DNA of 64,000 nt, taken from assembly GCF_018977255.1 (NCBI RefSeq), contig NW_024704743.1:40984001-41048000 (forward strand). Direction: 5' to 3'. Of the stretch, positions 12,561 to 25,860 are shown piece after piece. Position 1 is the first letter of the stretch, and every line of letters begins with the position of its first letter. The notes beneath the pieces are model-generated. The model was not told the DNA's origin. It ran no database searches and saw only the letters and a list, made by a program, of their open reading frames with translations. The translations under genes were made by a program, and so were the position numbers. The stretch is from Callorhinchus milii. Its lineage: Eukaryota.

Positions 12561-12974
12561 CACTGGTGGCATTTTGGGCCTCAAATGTAATAATGACTGT
12601 AATTTCTTTTAAAAAAATGCACTCTCAGGACCCAGAATAGTCTTCGTGTGGAAAACTGAGAGAAACATCAGCCCGATGAAGTGGAGGTAGCTGTATAAAG
12701 CTTTGCTTTGAGCCATGCTCTTGGCTGCAGGGAAGCTTTTGCATGTGATACACACTGTAGTTTACAGTACAGTATTTGAAAATCATAGATGCTATGATAA
12801 TCAACACAATTTAGAAGCAACAACCATGCTCCAAAAATAAAATTAGCTAATTTCATGGAAACCTGCCTTACTAACAGGGAACAGTAGATGATGGGAAATG
12901 GAAGTAAAAAAACTCTATCTCAGGGATAGGAACTAGAACAATAATATTCTTTGGGTTTCATGTTATCCCACTAT

Positions 12975-15900
12975 CACTGCAAGCCCTGCCAGACCTACAC
13001 CCCAGGGGCCAACCTCTCCTCCCTCATCCTTATTCCCATCCTCCCTGCCAATCAGTCCATTATGCCCTCCCATCTCACACATTCCCCTGGCAGCTGATTC
13101 TCCACAACAGCCTTCAAAATATCTGCTGCCTCTGCAACTAGGCTCCGACCATCAATGAACTCATCGTTGATGAAAAAATGACATCATGGCTCTCACTGCA
13201 ACCTGGCTCACCCCAGGCGACACCACCCAGCTATATCTGCCACCAGACCCCAACCGCCGTGGTGGTGGTGTGTCCCTCATCTCCAGGACCTCACTTTCCC
13301 TATCCCATTACTCATCCTGCTCATTCCCCTCACTTGAGCACCTTACCCTCTACCATCCCTCCAACCTTTCCCTCAAAATTCTGCTTGTTTATCGCCCCCT
13401 AAAAAAAACCTCCCCCACCTTCATCTCTGATGTCTACATCCTTCTAGCTTCCCTCTGTCTCTGTTCTTAATGCACCCTCATCCTCAACAACTTCAACCTT
13501 CGCTTCAACCCCCTCCTGCTCTACCTCCTCAGACTTCTCTTCTCTCTTCTTCCAACCTCTTCCTCCACATCCACTCTGCCACCCACGTTCATGGCCACCC
13601 ACTCGACCTGGTGATTACCTGGGGCCTCAGTGTCTCGGATATCACAATCACAGACAAAGCCATCTCCAATCACCATTTTATATCCTTTAATTCCTCAATC
13701 CATCTCCACACCGCCACCAAACCCGCCTCCATCTCCTATCGCCCTGGAAAAAAATCTCCTCGCAATCCCTCTCTGGTTCCCAAGAGCCAACTGAACTCCT
13801 CCCACTCTGGCCTACCTCCCGCACTGATTTATCCTCCTCGCTCACTCTACTCCACAACTCCCTCTCCACTATGCTTAATGTCCTTGCTCCCTCATCTCCC
13901 GAACTGCCTCCTACTCACAAACCTCTCCCTAGTATACCAGCCACCTCCACTCCCTCAAGGGTCAGTGTGGGCCACCTAGCTCAGCTGGCTCAAGTCTGAC
14001 CTAACAGTCCACTGGCAGATCTGGCTGGACCTCAGCAAAACGTACCGCTCTGACCACGCCTCCGCCAAATTATCCTTCTACTCCAAGATAATTTTGCAGG
14101 TGAAGGACAACTCCAGACCCCTATTCTTCTCCACCAACTGGCTCCTCTCATGCCTCGCCCCTTCTCTCCTCAAGCTCTGACTGTGAAGAGATGCTGGATT
14201 TCTTTGAGTCCAAAATTGAGGGGATCTGGTCAGCTGCCTCCACCCTCCCAACCGCCACTCCTTCCCCATTCCCACCCCACACTCTGACACCTACCCATTC
14301 CTCTCGCCACATTTTTTAACCTGTCTCCTCCTCCTCTCTCATCACCACCATATGCAGTATGAAACATGCCACATGCTCACTTGGCCCCATCCCCAACCCT
14401 CTCCTTACCTCCCAGCTCCACCTGCTCAACACTCTACTCTTGGACACCATCAATCTCTCACTTTCATTTGGCACCATTCCCATCCCCCTAAAAACAACTA
14501 CAATTGCCCCGATTCTGAAAAAAATTTCACTGGACCCATCCTTGCCTTCTAACTACTGGCCCATCTCCAACCTCCCTTTTCTTTCAAAGGTCCTTGAAAG
14601 TGTCATTGCTTCCCAACTTCGCTCATTCTTCTCTTAACACACCCTTCACGAGCCCCTCCAATTGGGTTTCTAAGCTGCTGACAGCAGGGAAACTACTCTG
14701 GCCAAGGTGCCAAAGATATTTTGCCCCTCTGTGACTAAGGCTCCCTGTGCCTCCTCGTCCCCCTCAACCTCTCTACTGTCGTCGATACCATGGACCACTC
14801 CATTCTCCTACACCGCCTCACCTTCAAGGTTCAACCTTCAAGTTTCTGTCCTTGAATGGTTCAGTTCTTGTCTCTCACATCGTCTTCAACTTGTCTCTGC
14901 CAACAGTTTCTCTTCCAGCCTCCGCAGAGTCTTGTCTGGTGTTCCTCAGGGCTCTGTCCTTGGTCCCCTCCTCTTCAACCTATACATACTCCCCCTTGGT
15001 GACATCATCTACAGACCAGCCGTCAACTTCCACATGTACGCGGATGACACACAACTGTATCTCTTTGCCTCCAACCATGATTCCAGGACAACTGACATCC
15101 TCACAGACTGTCTTTCTGACATCAAGTCCTGGATGAGAACCAACTTTCTGTATCTGAATATCAGCCTGAGATTGAATGTCAGCCCAAAACTAAGACCCTC
15201 CTGATTCGCTAGCGCCAGCAACTCAGGCACTGGTAGCATCACATCCATGGTTGCACACTCCACCTCACCAAGCCAGTTAGGAACCTGGGCATCTTGTTCG
15301 ACCCCCAACTGTCCTTTTTCCCCCATATCTATGACATGACCCACTCTGCCTTCCCCCACCTCCGCAACATTGTCCGACTCCGTCACTGCTTCAACCCTTA
15401 GGCCGCTGAAACCCTCATACATGCATTCGTCACCTCAAGGCTCAACTTCGGGAACTCCCTCTTTGTCGGCCTCCCCAACTCTTCCCTCTGCAAGCTGCAG
15501 ATTATGTAGAACTCTGCAGCTTGTGTCCTCTCCTGCACCAGGCTCCGTGGCCCCATCATCCCCACCCCTACCCGGCTCCACTGGCACCCCATCCCTCAGA
15601 GGACAGATTCAAAATCTTCGTTCTCACTTTCAAGGCCCTCCATGGCCTTGCACCTCCTACATTTCTGACCTGTTGACCCCTATCAACCTGTCCACTCCCT
15701 CCTCTCAGCTGGCTGCAGCCTGCTGCAGTTCTCCTGCCTGACCTGCCCTACCATTGGCGCCCGGGCTTTCAGCCTCTTTGCCACCACTCTTTGGAATTCC
15801 ATCCCACAATCCTTTCGCCTCGCGACTCAAAACCCTCCTTTTTAACCGTGCCTTCAGCCGCCCTCCTACCTCCTCTGCCCTCCTACATCCCAACCCTGCT

Positions 15901-15992
15901 CCCCACGAGCGGGTCCTGATCCCTGACTGTTTAACATCTTGAGTCATCCTCCCGACATGAAAGGCGCTTTACAAATGTAATGTTGTTGTTGT
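12975..15992 (+). mobile_element. L2 LINE subfamily A, near-complete but dead ORF2 (APE endonuclease + RT)
   Basis: Endonuclease motifs RRGGGVSLI, LLVYRP, THVHGHPLDLVIT, AISNHHFI; RT motifs NYWPISNLPFLSKVLE, PQGSVLGPLLF, MYADDTQLY; tail hairpin plus (GTT)n. Many stops and frameshifts. Confidence 0.95.
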
Positions 15993-16639
15993 TCACACTG
16001 GCATCAAAAATTCTTGGATTTCAGATCGAATTCCATAATTCAGGAATTAATTATGATATCCTTAAATTTGTGAAGTCAACTTGCAGGAATTCCCTTTAAC
16101 GTGTCTTGGAGTGGAGTTCATCCAAGTGGGCACAAGCCGGTAACATATATGTGATTACTAGAATGAGACCACCCCACCACCAACCCCGAATTCCTTAATA
16201 AAGATCCGGTTTCAAACGGTTCAGTTTCACACTTCAAGTCAGTGAACCCCTGCTATAACGCACTTTGTTTGATCCGTGAAATCCTAATCCACATTATAAA
16301 GAGGCACAATAGTTGCTTTGACTGCCGACATGCACCCTGTGCACTGGCCAGTTCACACTAAAATAAATGTCTGCCTTCCAGGTCACCAAGTCACTCCCAG
16401 TGTCACTTCCTGTTTGCTGCACAAAACCATTTTGTTTAGTGTGAGAAGCTAAAATGTCTGACTCCTGGTTCATTAAGTCACCATCAAAATCATTTTCTGA
16501 CCCCAGAAAACGATGCCACGTTACCTTAAAAAAACACCCACCATGGAAAACAAGCAGGCTGTCTGCATATGTGCAATGAATGGGATCCAAGTATAAGCAA
16601 CTTTGTGCTATAAAGCAAATAAATAGAATAATGAAGCTG

Positions 16640-17075
16640 ATTTGAATTCATAATTGACTTGGAGGGGAATTTTTTTATACTATGCTAATTGTTGATTATT
16701 CCAAGATATTCAAGCACATGGATAATATAAGAATGATCAAAATAATTCCCAAATATCTGGACAATTTGAATAGATGAGCAAAGGAGTGACAGATAGATGT
16801 TAATGTGCATAAATGGAAGGTAATGAATGATTGATACAAGAAGCATTAACATGTGCAAAATGAATGGTTTACCTTCAGCAAATGAGAAGAAATAAAAGAT
16901 TTGGGTGTTTTTATTGATCATGGACTGATGTTTCTGGGAAGCTGTGAAGCTGTTATCAATAAACCTCATTAAACAATTTAACTTTGCGGGCCTTCAGTAT
17001 AAATCAAAGTAAGTTATTCTAGCCTTGTTTTGATCGCTGGTTAGGGCAGATGTGGGCAGCTTGGAAACCAAACTT
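16640..17075 (+). mobile_element. CR1 RT-region remnant
   Basis: cagtataaatcaaagtaagttattctagccttg...ctggttagg resembles the CR1 YKSKEV.L.L..SLVR motif; gatttgggtgtt (DLGV) lies upstream. Confidence 0.5.
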
Positions 17076-17645
17076 AATAATAATTTTTGCATTTGATGTA
17101 ACTTGTTTCACAAAGTGCTACAAAGCACAGTGACTGTGTGTTTTGTAGGTAAACCACAGCAACAAAATCAAAATATGCTTTCATGTACAAATAATTTGAA
17201 TTTAGGTAAATATTCTAGGTAAACAACAATATCCAACAAATTAAGTCAAGAAAATCCTGTGAAACGTTTTGAGACATCGACAATGTGAAAAGTTGCTATA
17301 TCAACAATAACAAAATTACATTTGTATAGTGCCTTAACATTATAATTACATACAACAATTACATGAATAGGCAACTAGAAAGTTGTGAAGTAAATCTGGA
17401 TAAGAATGGGATATAGCTAAGTCAACAGAAAAAAATCACCTCCGTCCCTGGGAATAATAGTTTGAGATAATTTATCATCCACGTGAATCACAAGCTAGCA
17501 ATTTCAATTAAGCACTGAAATGATACTGAAAATTGTGGGCAAAGAGTTTTGAGATATCAGGAGAAGCTCACAGAAATTAATTTGTTCTCATTAGAAAAAC
17601 GATCTTAGTTTTTAAAATTATAAGTCAGAGATAATGTAACATTTA

Positions 17646-17854
17646 ATCCCTCCAAAACAAAAAACAATAATAAATTGGTCATTTTCAATCTACGACTGTT
17701 TGTGGGACATTACTGTGTGCAATTGGCTGCCGCGTTTGCCCACAAATATACAGTCAATTCACTTTACAGTGTGTTCTGTGAAGCGCTTTGGGACGTCCTC
17801 CCGACGTGAAAAGCGCTATATCAAATGCAAGGATTATTATTATTTATTATTATT
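17646..17854 (+). mobile_element. Young SINE, 5'-truncated
   Basis: Nearly identical to the reverse complement of 22858-23065; retains CpGs and the gggacgtcctcccgacgtg hairpin. Confidence 0.9.
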
Positions 17855-17857
17855 TAA

Positions 17858-18077
17858 GGGTCTAATATACGGAAGTGTGCAACTTAAGTTCTTAATTGCA
17901 ACTTATGATGGTAACCAGGAGTTGTCATGCCATCCTACGGTAACTCTGGTAACTGGAAATGGGATTATGCCAGAGACGAGTTAAGAGGAGTGGGATGGTG
18001 TAACTTCCGTTTGGTTACTGGCAAGAATCACAATTATTGACTCACGTTTCAAATAACCATATACAGTACTAGATCCC
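17858..18077. mobile_element. Fold-back MITE, PIF/Harbinger-like
   Basis: TAA on both sides (17855-17857, 18078-18080); termini GGGTCTAATA / TACTAGATCCC; degenerate ~80-bp inverted arms (one ungapped 33-nt block matches at 22 positions; GTAACCA and CCATCC blocks are shared). Confidence 0.5.
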
Positions 18078-18194
18078 TAAACAGATTATTTGAATTATAA
18101 TCCTTTAAATTTGATTTACACTTTTAACATCAGGAGAATGTTTCACAGGATTTTGTTGTAAAGGGTAGGAACTGTGTATTTTGTAGATCTATTT

Positions 18195-18487
18195 TATTAT
18201 TATTAATAATAATATTTTTTAATTTAATGTAAAGCCATATCACATTGTTGACATGTCTCAAAGCACTTTACATGATATATTGTAAAGCAGTCCGTATTGT
18301 GGGCAAACACCTACAGCCAATTTGCACACAGCAATGTCCCACAAACAGCCATGAAGTGAATGACCAATTTTGTTTGAGGTATGGTTGACCAGGACACTGG
18401 GAGTAATATCCTTCTCGTTTCAAATAGTGCCATGGGATCTTAACGGGTGGACAGGACCTTGGTCTGACATCTCCTCCAATGGATGGC
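18195..18487 (-). mobile_element. Older DeuSINE, 5'-truncated
   Basis: Reverse complement carries gatcccatggcactatttgaa...cagtgtcctggtcaac...gctgtttgtgggacattgctgtgtgcaaattggctg. Confidence 0.8.
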
Positions 18488-18719
18488 ATCGCCTTGCTTC
18501 CTCCCTTTCCTCCCCCAAGGCCGGTCTCAAGACCTTTCTCTTCAACCGTGCCTTCAGCTCCCCTCTCGACTCTCTACCCCCTCCTTGCTCCCTCCCCTCC
18601 CCTCCCCTGACCATTGCCCCCCTGCTTGGGTCCCGACCCAACTGTCCAGCGCCTTGGGACGTCCTCCCATGTGAAAGGCACTCTATAAATACAATCTTGT
18701 TGTTATTGTTGTTGTTGTT
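18488..18719 (+). mobile_element. L2-A 3' end
   Basis: aaggccggtctcaagacctttctcttcaaccgtgcc...gcgccttgggacgtcctccc...(GTT)n; closely matches 54510-54734. Confidence 0.9.
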
Positions 18720-19059
18720 ATACTGTGTGATTGGGAAGGATACTTGGGAAAATATGGTTGGGAAAGTATGGCTGCCCAGATACCCTTTTTTATCATGTGT
18801 TATAATTGTCACACATCACCTCAGATTTATGATGACCACTCCGACTTTTAAGGAGCCACCACAATTTTCTCCACTCCTAAAGGCAGTGACTGACACTGAG
18901 ATATGATTTGAGTGGGGCAGCAGAAATCCAGTATCTCCTTCAAACTGATTTTAATTCATGTGTGATCCTGAAAGAGCAGACTATTATCCGAGTAAAATAT
19001 TGCAGGTGATTCTGGAACCTTTTCCTTGATAGTTAATTACACAGTGGTCTGGATCAACA

Positions 19060-19247
19060 ATTCCCAAGATAAAATTGGTTGTTCACTTCATGATTGTTTG
19101 TGGGACGTTATTGTGCGTAAATTGTCTGCCGAATTCATCTACAAATTGCATAGTAACATTAAAGTATATCTTATGAAGCACTTTGAGACATCTTCCCTTT
19201 GTGAAAGGCACTATTAACAAATGTAAGGATTATTATTATTATATTAT
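19060..19247 (+). mobile_element. SINE 3' half (Deu core + tail)
   Basis: tgtttgtgggacgttattgtgcgtaaattgtctgcc...aaggattattattatt. Confidence 0.75.
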
Positions 19248-20144
19248 TCAAGGGCATCTGTGATTCCTACCATGTGGTTTACACAACTTGCAAAATGAAC
19301 ACTATTGAGTGTTGACAGACCATTCATTCATTTACAGCAGGACTATAAGCACAGCCCAATCTTTTCTTCATCTATTATCTACACAAGCACATTTTCTGGC
19401 AGGGATCAATGGATAACAACCTGCAGTGGGAATCATGGCACGTAGGGAACATTGAGGCCAACTTGAGTGCTCCAAACACCATCCCACGATGTTCAGCTCA
19501 CTCAAAAATAATACAGTTTAGAGGGACATTATCAGATCAATATTCTTCTTTCAGAAGAGAATGAAGCAATACTGACAAAAATGGATTAGAAGTTACAAAA
19601 ATTGGACAATTCAGGACCATAACTAAAGTCATAAAATGTATGTTTACAACGTTAAAAATAATTGTGAATCCCATGAATCTCAGTCGATGATTAAATAAAG
19701 ATCCTGTCAGTGGAAACAACAATAAGAAGGAACATCTGTCCTTAAGGCACAACAGAAAAGGGCTTTAGGCAAAAGTTGAGTTAACTCTTAAGATTTTGAT
19801 GTCTGAAAATCAAGTCAACTGAATCCAAATGTAAAATCAGAATTTGAAGGCACTTAGATGCAAATAATAATGTTGGCGAATTTACCCATCTCTTGAACTG
19901 ACATCAAAATGTCCTATGGTATGATAATGATTTTGCCTACACTGCGGAGTATGTTTGAGAACTTGTGTTGTTTGACAGGGATACTGCAGATTGCCACACA
20001 ACCCAAACTAAATAATTATCTTACAGTGCCAATAAAAACACTTATTTCTTTTTGTGGCTTTGGATTGCTTACATTTGCGTTGAATTACCCTATTATTTTT
20101 TTTAAAAATGTATATTTCTATATCTCCTTTCAATTGTCATTGCT

Positions 20145-20420
20145 TCTCACCTGAAGGAGCCATTATTCCTGTGTGACCCAAGTGCTAGTTCTACGACCAT
20201 GGGGGAGGTTCACAGCTGAATCCCAAACCCATCCCCATCAGATGTCCATATTTTCCAGAAAGGGTCACTGCATAGCAATCAGGAATGAGAACATTGATTG
20301 ATTTTTCCCTTTCCTAGCCCAGGGCCCAGAAGAATTTTGGAGCACACTCCGCACTGTCAAAATTCAGATCAGCTAACAGACTGAGATTAGAGAGTGAAAG
20401 TTTCCTGCTACACATGGCTG
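20145..20420 (-). mobile_element. Ancient SINE-like repeat remnant
   Basis: Reverse complement has ttagctgatc...ccctgggctagg...cctgattgctatgcagtgaccc...ctggaaa, which I recall from an old shark SINE-like family; name uncertain. Confidence 0.35.
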
Positions 20421-22628
20421 ATTTTCACACTATAAATATTAATTATATATTAAGTCACTGGGAGTCCACTGTTCTTAACTGTGGATTATTTTTCTCTCTG
20501 CAATAATCATTGAAATTAAAACATCTAAATGTGCTATTTGACTGTCAGCAGTTATGCAAGGATAGGAGTCACCAGAGTAACCAACAATCATGCAAGTTGA
20601 AAGGTATTTTACGACTGACACAAATATTATCTATTTCTGCATTTATAGTTTGTGACCATAATAAATTACAGAACATTTTGGTCCAGGTACACAGAATTGT
20701 GTCTTCACCTGACAGCTGTCCAATGCCAAATTTGCATTAATAACAATAATAATCCTTGCTTTTGATATAATGCCTTATTACTTTGTTGAGAAATCTCACA
20801 GCCTTTGGTTTAATATTTGAACTGAAACGCAGCATCTCCAATGACACTGCACACACAGCGTAAACCTGAAATTAACAGCAACATTACATTAGAAAAGGAC
20901 TCAAGTATGAGAAGTAGCTTTTCTGTCCTAAAAATATAAAATTTAACACTCATTCTGCTTATCGTATTCACTTTTTTCTCTCACTACACTCATTACTTTC
21001 CTTTGTTTGGATTTTTTAAAAAACATTTTAATTTCATTTGTTTTCCTATATTAAAAACAACCAAATAGAAACACGAGTTGTGGAAAATAAAGCACTGTGA
21101 GTGTGTGAAATACCATTAAATACCTCTGTCAACAACTTGCTGGTTTTGATATTGCAACTATACATCATTCAGACTGACTGGTAGTTCAAACATGCTCCAT
21201 TTTGTTATCGGATTGCACATATTGTTTTTGCACCAACTGCCAGCAGTGAGATGGCATGAATGGGAAACGATTTTGCATGACTGATTTGTGCGACTCTATA
21301 AATGGTCTTTGTGCCTGTGTGTCAGAAGAATTAATTCTCTTGTGGTTTAGGACACTCTACATGTTCAAGGTGTTCGTCTTTTTGTAATTTTAGGAATATT
21401 CTTTGTCCTGACCCTTCTCTTACACTTAGTTTTTCTTCCAATCTTATCATTTCAGGAGAGCTGAATCTGAACTCTGATGGCCATCCCCAATGCTGACTTG
21501 CGATAAATCCGATGTTAAAAGAATTTACTTTTTCTGGTACAAGCAGTAAAGAGCCTTCTCATCCATAACTAGCAGTAAAGTAAGTTTAATACCGGCACAA
21601 AAACTGGGGGAGTAGAAATTGAGATATTTTTTAACAGACACGATGGTGGAAAATGTAACACTCAATGAAATACTTATTACCAGTGATAATTATCAATATC
21701 ATCTCTCCTTTCTGCCCTCCCCTTCTCCCTTCTCCCATCTCCCTTGTTTGGCATCCAGTCCCATCATTGTAAAGCATTCCAAAATATTATCCCACGTGAA
21801 AGGTGTTATATAAATGCATGTTGTTGTTGTAATCACAAGTCAAATCAAATCAAATAGCCTGTCTACATTAATATCATCTACACAGTTCAGCATTTTAAAA
21901 AAGTGGACCATGTCCATCCTCAGTCACCATGAAAATAATTTCTGCTCTACAAGTTCCTTCAAACACTGCACAGACCAAGTCCTAGGATCATCCATTTGCA
22001 CTTATGTAAACTCAAAGTCCTTTGAAGGTAGGATCCAGAAGCTGCACATTTGCAAAGGTAACCAAAACAATGATCTAAACAAGGTGAATTTTGATCTACA
22101 ATATTTGATCAGCTTTGTTGATAATATTCAAATTAACTACTGTATAATCATAGTCAAATTGTTTTTTCTTATTAATGTACTGTTTCCTGTTCTAATATTT
22201 ACCTATAATAAAATGCACTTAATACTCTTGGGTCCATCTGTTTAGTTATCTGATATCATCGGATAATTGTATAACATTACAAGATACATTCTGCTCCAAA
22301 CTATTTAGAAATAGAGGGAAGTGCATAGGACTCACAACAGCCTGGAGAACTGTACCAGTTTCTGCTCAAGGACAGATTTTTTTTTTAAAAATGTATTTAT
22401 CTGTCTATCACTAAGCTACGTTTAAAGCAGCCAGCTAATTTGCTACAATGTTAATCTCTTTTTAAAGTCTCACATGTTTATCAAACGTTTTCTTCAAATC
22501 CAAGCACAAAACAAATAATATACCTGCAGTCCCCTTATCTACTATAGTCATTTATTTATTTCTTCAAAGAATTACAGGGGACTCATGACTCTTTGCTTCT
22601 AAATCCATGCTGCTTCTGCTATCACCTC

Positions 22629-22835
22629 TGCCCAAGCCTTGGCTCCTGTCAACCTACGCCTAATACTTTCCGGAATTCGGTAAGCAGGACATGTCCCTCC
22701 AAGAAGAGAGTGATTACTATTCTATCTCTGGAATTTCCATGTGTAGGTGGGATGCATGGAAATCTCAGCTTGGTTTGGATACTCTTGATCATGGTGATGG
22801 GTTTCCACAAGTGTCAGACATTTGACTAAAAAAAA
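22629..22835 (+). repeat. Unclassified ~270-bp interspersed repeat ('repeat X'), partial copy
   Basis: aatactttccggaatt...taagcagga...ggaatttccatgtgtaggtgggatgcatggaa...gtgtcagaca + A-run; homologous to 33388-33662, 38209-39180 and 51930-52178. Strand label is arbitrary (A-run taken as 3'). Confidence 0.8.
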
Positions 22836-22857
22836 GATGTGCATTGGTAGCATTCTA

Positions 22858-23182
22858 ATAATAATAATAATAATCCTTGCATTTGATATAGCGCTTTTCA
22901 CGTCGGGAGGACGTCCCAAAGCGCTTCACAGAACACACTGTAAAGTGAATTGACTGTATATTTGTGGGCGAACGCGGCAGCCAATTGCGCACAGCAATGT
23001 CCCACAAACAGTCGTAGATTGAAAATGACCAATTTATTATTGTTCTTGTTTTTTTGGAGGGATTATTATTAGGCTCTGTGTGGAGTAAGGAAACTTGCCC
23101 AAGGTTTCGCCCTCTGCCTGGAATTGAACTCAGGTCTCTCGCTTGCAAAGCGAGTGCTCTAACCACTGAGCTACAGGACTCC
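22858..23182 (-). mobile_element. Full-length young tRNA-Ala-derived SINE (short form) with TSD
   Basis: Head GGAGTCCTGTAGCTCAGTGGTTAGAGCACTCGC-TTTGCAA-GCGAG...GTTCAATTC (box A, box B, TGC anticodon loop); Deu-type core; L2-type hairpin; (ATT)n tail; CATTCTA at 22851-22857 and 23182-23188. Confidence 0.93.
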
Positions 23183-23632
23183 ATTCTATATAATTCTATA
23201 TAATTGCCTAAAATAAATTATCTTCAAGTACAGCCACTGTGTTCATATCGTTCCTTATTATTATCTCCATTGCCTTTCTCGTTCCTTTGAGGAAAATAGA
23301 TAATTCCATCTGACCATCGTGCCTTGAAGACATTTACTGTGAGTCACTACTGTCCATTTGTGTTACAGATTCCTGACCCAAAATTACATTGACCGCAAAC
23401 ATTATTGTGCAGACAAATATGAAAATCTGTTTAATATATTTGGTTCTTCCTTGTGAAATATTTCTTACAAAGTTTGTCCTGTGCTCACATAAACACTTTG
23501 GGTTCCTCTTGGCAGTATGTACAAAGTGTCCAATCTGCTGTTTTGTTACATTCTTACCTCTTCTTAATGTTTCTTTTAGCTTCGTTCATATAACTGTTGT
23601 TGTATAATTCACAATCAGCAGTCTTTGTGTAG

Positions 23633-23892
23633 AGAGTCCTGTAGATCAGTGGTTAGAGCATTCGCCTCACAAGCGAGACCTGAGTTTGAAACCCAGCAGA
23701 GCGAAACCTTGGGCAAATTTACTCACTCCACACGCCTGATAATAATCCGTCAAGGAAAAAAACAATAATTGGCTGCAGCGTTTTGCCCACAAATATATAG
23801 TCAGTTCACTTTACAGTATATTCTGTGAAGTGCTTTGAGACGTCTAGAAGACGTGAAAAGCGCTATATCAAATGCAAGGATTATTATTATTT
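23633..23892 (+). mobile_element. Young tRNA-derived SINE with internal deletion
   Basis: gagtcctgtagatcagtggttagagc head through aaggattattattatt tail; lacks part of the core. Confidence 0.9.
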
Positions 23893-25860
23893 TTGTTTCC
23901 TTGTAACCTTTTAAAATATTCCTGTGTAGCACTTCATTCAACCATTAATGTTAAGGGCTTGTGTTTCTCTTTCTCTTAGGGAGAGAATTTTATTCACCAT
24001 CTCATAAATGGTCTTAAAATAATTCAATTTGTTTTCTCTTGTAATATTTTCTAGTTCTGCATTGGTACTTTAAGCTTCGTAGAACTGTTCTCATAGCTTC
24101 AGTGTTCATTCTTCTGAAGTTGTGGCCCCTTCAATATTGTTAAATTTAGTGTTTGCCTTGAATTTAATAGCAGATCCAACTGTACAGGATCACTGCAGGC
24201 TAAGTGAGTACACAATCCCAGGTTACTGATTGTTTCATGTAGATTGCTATAACTAATACATCCTTTTAGCTGATGACATGTGTTTGAATAGGGAATTGCT
24301 AGATTCATTACATTAACAATCCTGCCAAATTGGCAAAATCCCTTTCATGGTTCTTTTGACAATGAGGTAGACTTATTACATAAGAGAATAATGGATTCTG
24401 AAGAGGAAGATACAAATCCGTAGTTTAATTCAAGAGTTCCTGTAGCCCCATAAACCAGCAGAAACATCAACAGACTTCCAGGCTGATTATAGCAGCAAAC
24501 CTCTTCTGTGGTGTGCTATCTTTATAATAGATAAGATACGTTTACAATTAAATGTTATGTTATTGCTACACATTTTATTGCTGCAGACAAATGTGGAGGC
24601 TTAAATCATTATCAATTGTTTGACTAATTTCACTACAGTTAAAACTAACACTAGTACCTCCTCGATGTGGTCTACTCGCCTTTTGTGAAACCTGCAATTA
24701 TGAATGCATGTCATTCATGACGGGGTAAAATTAGCTGCATACAGTCTATATTAGGTTGATTTGATAAGAATTTAATATAGCGCCTTATCTCCTCATCGAG
24801 GTATAACAAAAAGCTTCAGGTATGAAGTGCGGTGACTGCATATTTTGTAGGTGAGAATGTTTTACTTGTAAATCGGAGCAATGCAAAATCCGATGATCTG
24901 AGAAGAAAATGTTATACTAACGTGAAAGGCGCCATACAAATATAATTTATTGTTATTACAGAGATTCTTTAAGATGGTCCTTCATCACCAAAGGACATCA
25001 CTGACTTTGCCCATATTAAAGAAACTCATATTTTGTAATAATTTTCTCCTCTGATCATGGGATGTTGTTTTGCTTTACTCTGATTTACAAGTAAAGTGTT
25101 CAGCAGAATCTGAACATATGCCACTGTTGTGCCAGGTGTAGCAAATAGATGCAGTAGAACAAATGCCTACTAACAGATGGGGTTGCATGTTCATGGATTA
25201 AGAATAATGGGAGTGCATTTGGTAATGAGCACTTCAATTATAGGGCAGCTGCACCAGGCCAGGGAAGGTGTCTCATTTCCCTCCCTCTTACTAAATGCAT
25301 TTGAGCAGTAGATGCTTAAATATTTCGTTGAACCTGTTAACTATTTAGGCTGTCTTAGCAATACGCATTACACATCTATTTGCACTGTCCAAAGATTCTT
25401 TGATAAGGCTTTGTATGAATGCTTGCTGGAATACCATATTATCAGATAGCGAACTTCAAAACGCTTGATCAGTTTGGAGATAAAGATTTCCGTACGATTA
25501 TCTTTATATTTAATTCATAACTGTGGCCTCTCATGCTTCTTTTTGTATCGTACTGTGATTTGAAACTAGACATCTAATTTATGCTTACTCGGACCACGAG
25601 CAGTCCTGATCCCTGACAGTTCAGCACTTTGGGACATCCTCCCGACGTGAAAGGTGCTTTACAAATCTAATTAACTCGGACCAATAGTAGTGCCTTTCAT
25701 GTAGTTAAATAGAGTGGAAACCCATGACTTTTATACAAAATATATTTATATTATATTTTAGGCTCTTGTCAACATGCGTCTAAACTTTCTGGGATGAGTT
25801 AAACAGGCTTAATCCCTATTGGGAGAAACAGCACACAGTGTACCAGAAAAAAAGAAACTA

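Noticed and set aside
12975..15992. Active or domesticated L2 reverse transcriptase
   Set aside because: Numerous in-frame stops and frameshifts across both the endonuclease and RT regions.
21456..21579. Plus-strand exon (tttcAG...AAA|GTAAGT)
   Set aside because: Closed in all frames with no supporting plus-strand partners; likely a pseudo-exon.
23105..23182. Genuine tRNA-Ala gene (also 37492-37560 and others)
   Set aside because: Acceptor and T stems pair poorly, there is no oligo-T terminator, and the sequence runs straight into the SINE body and tail.
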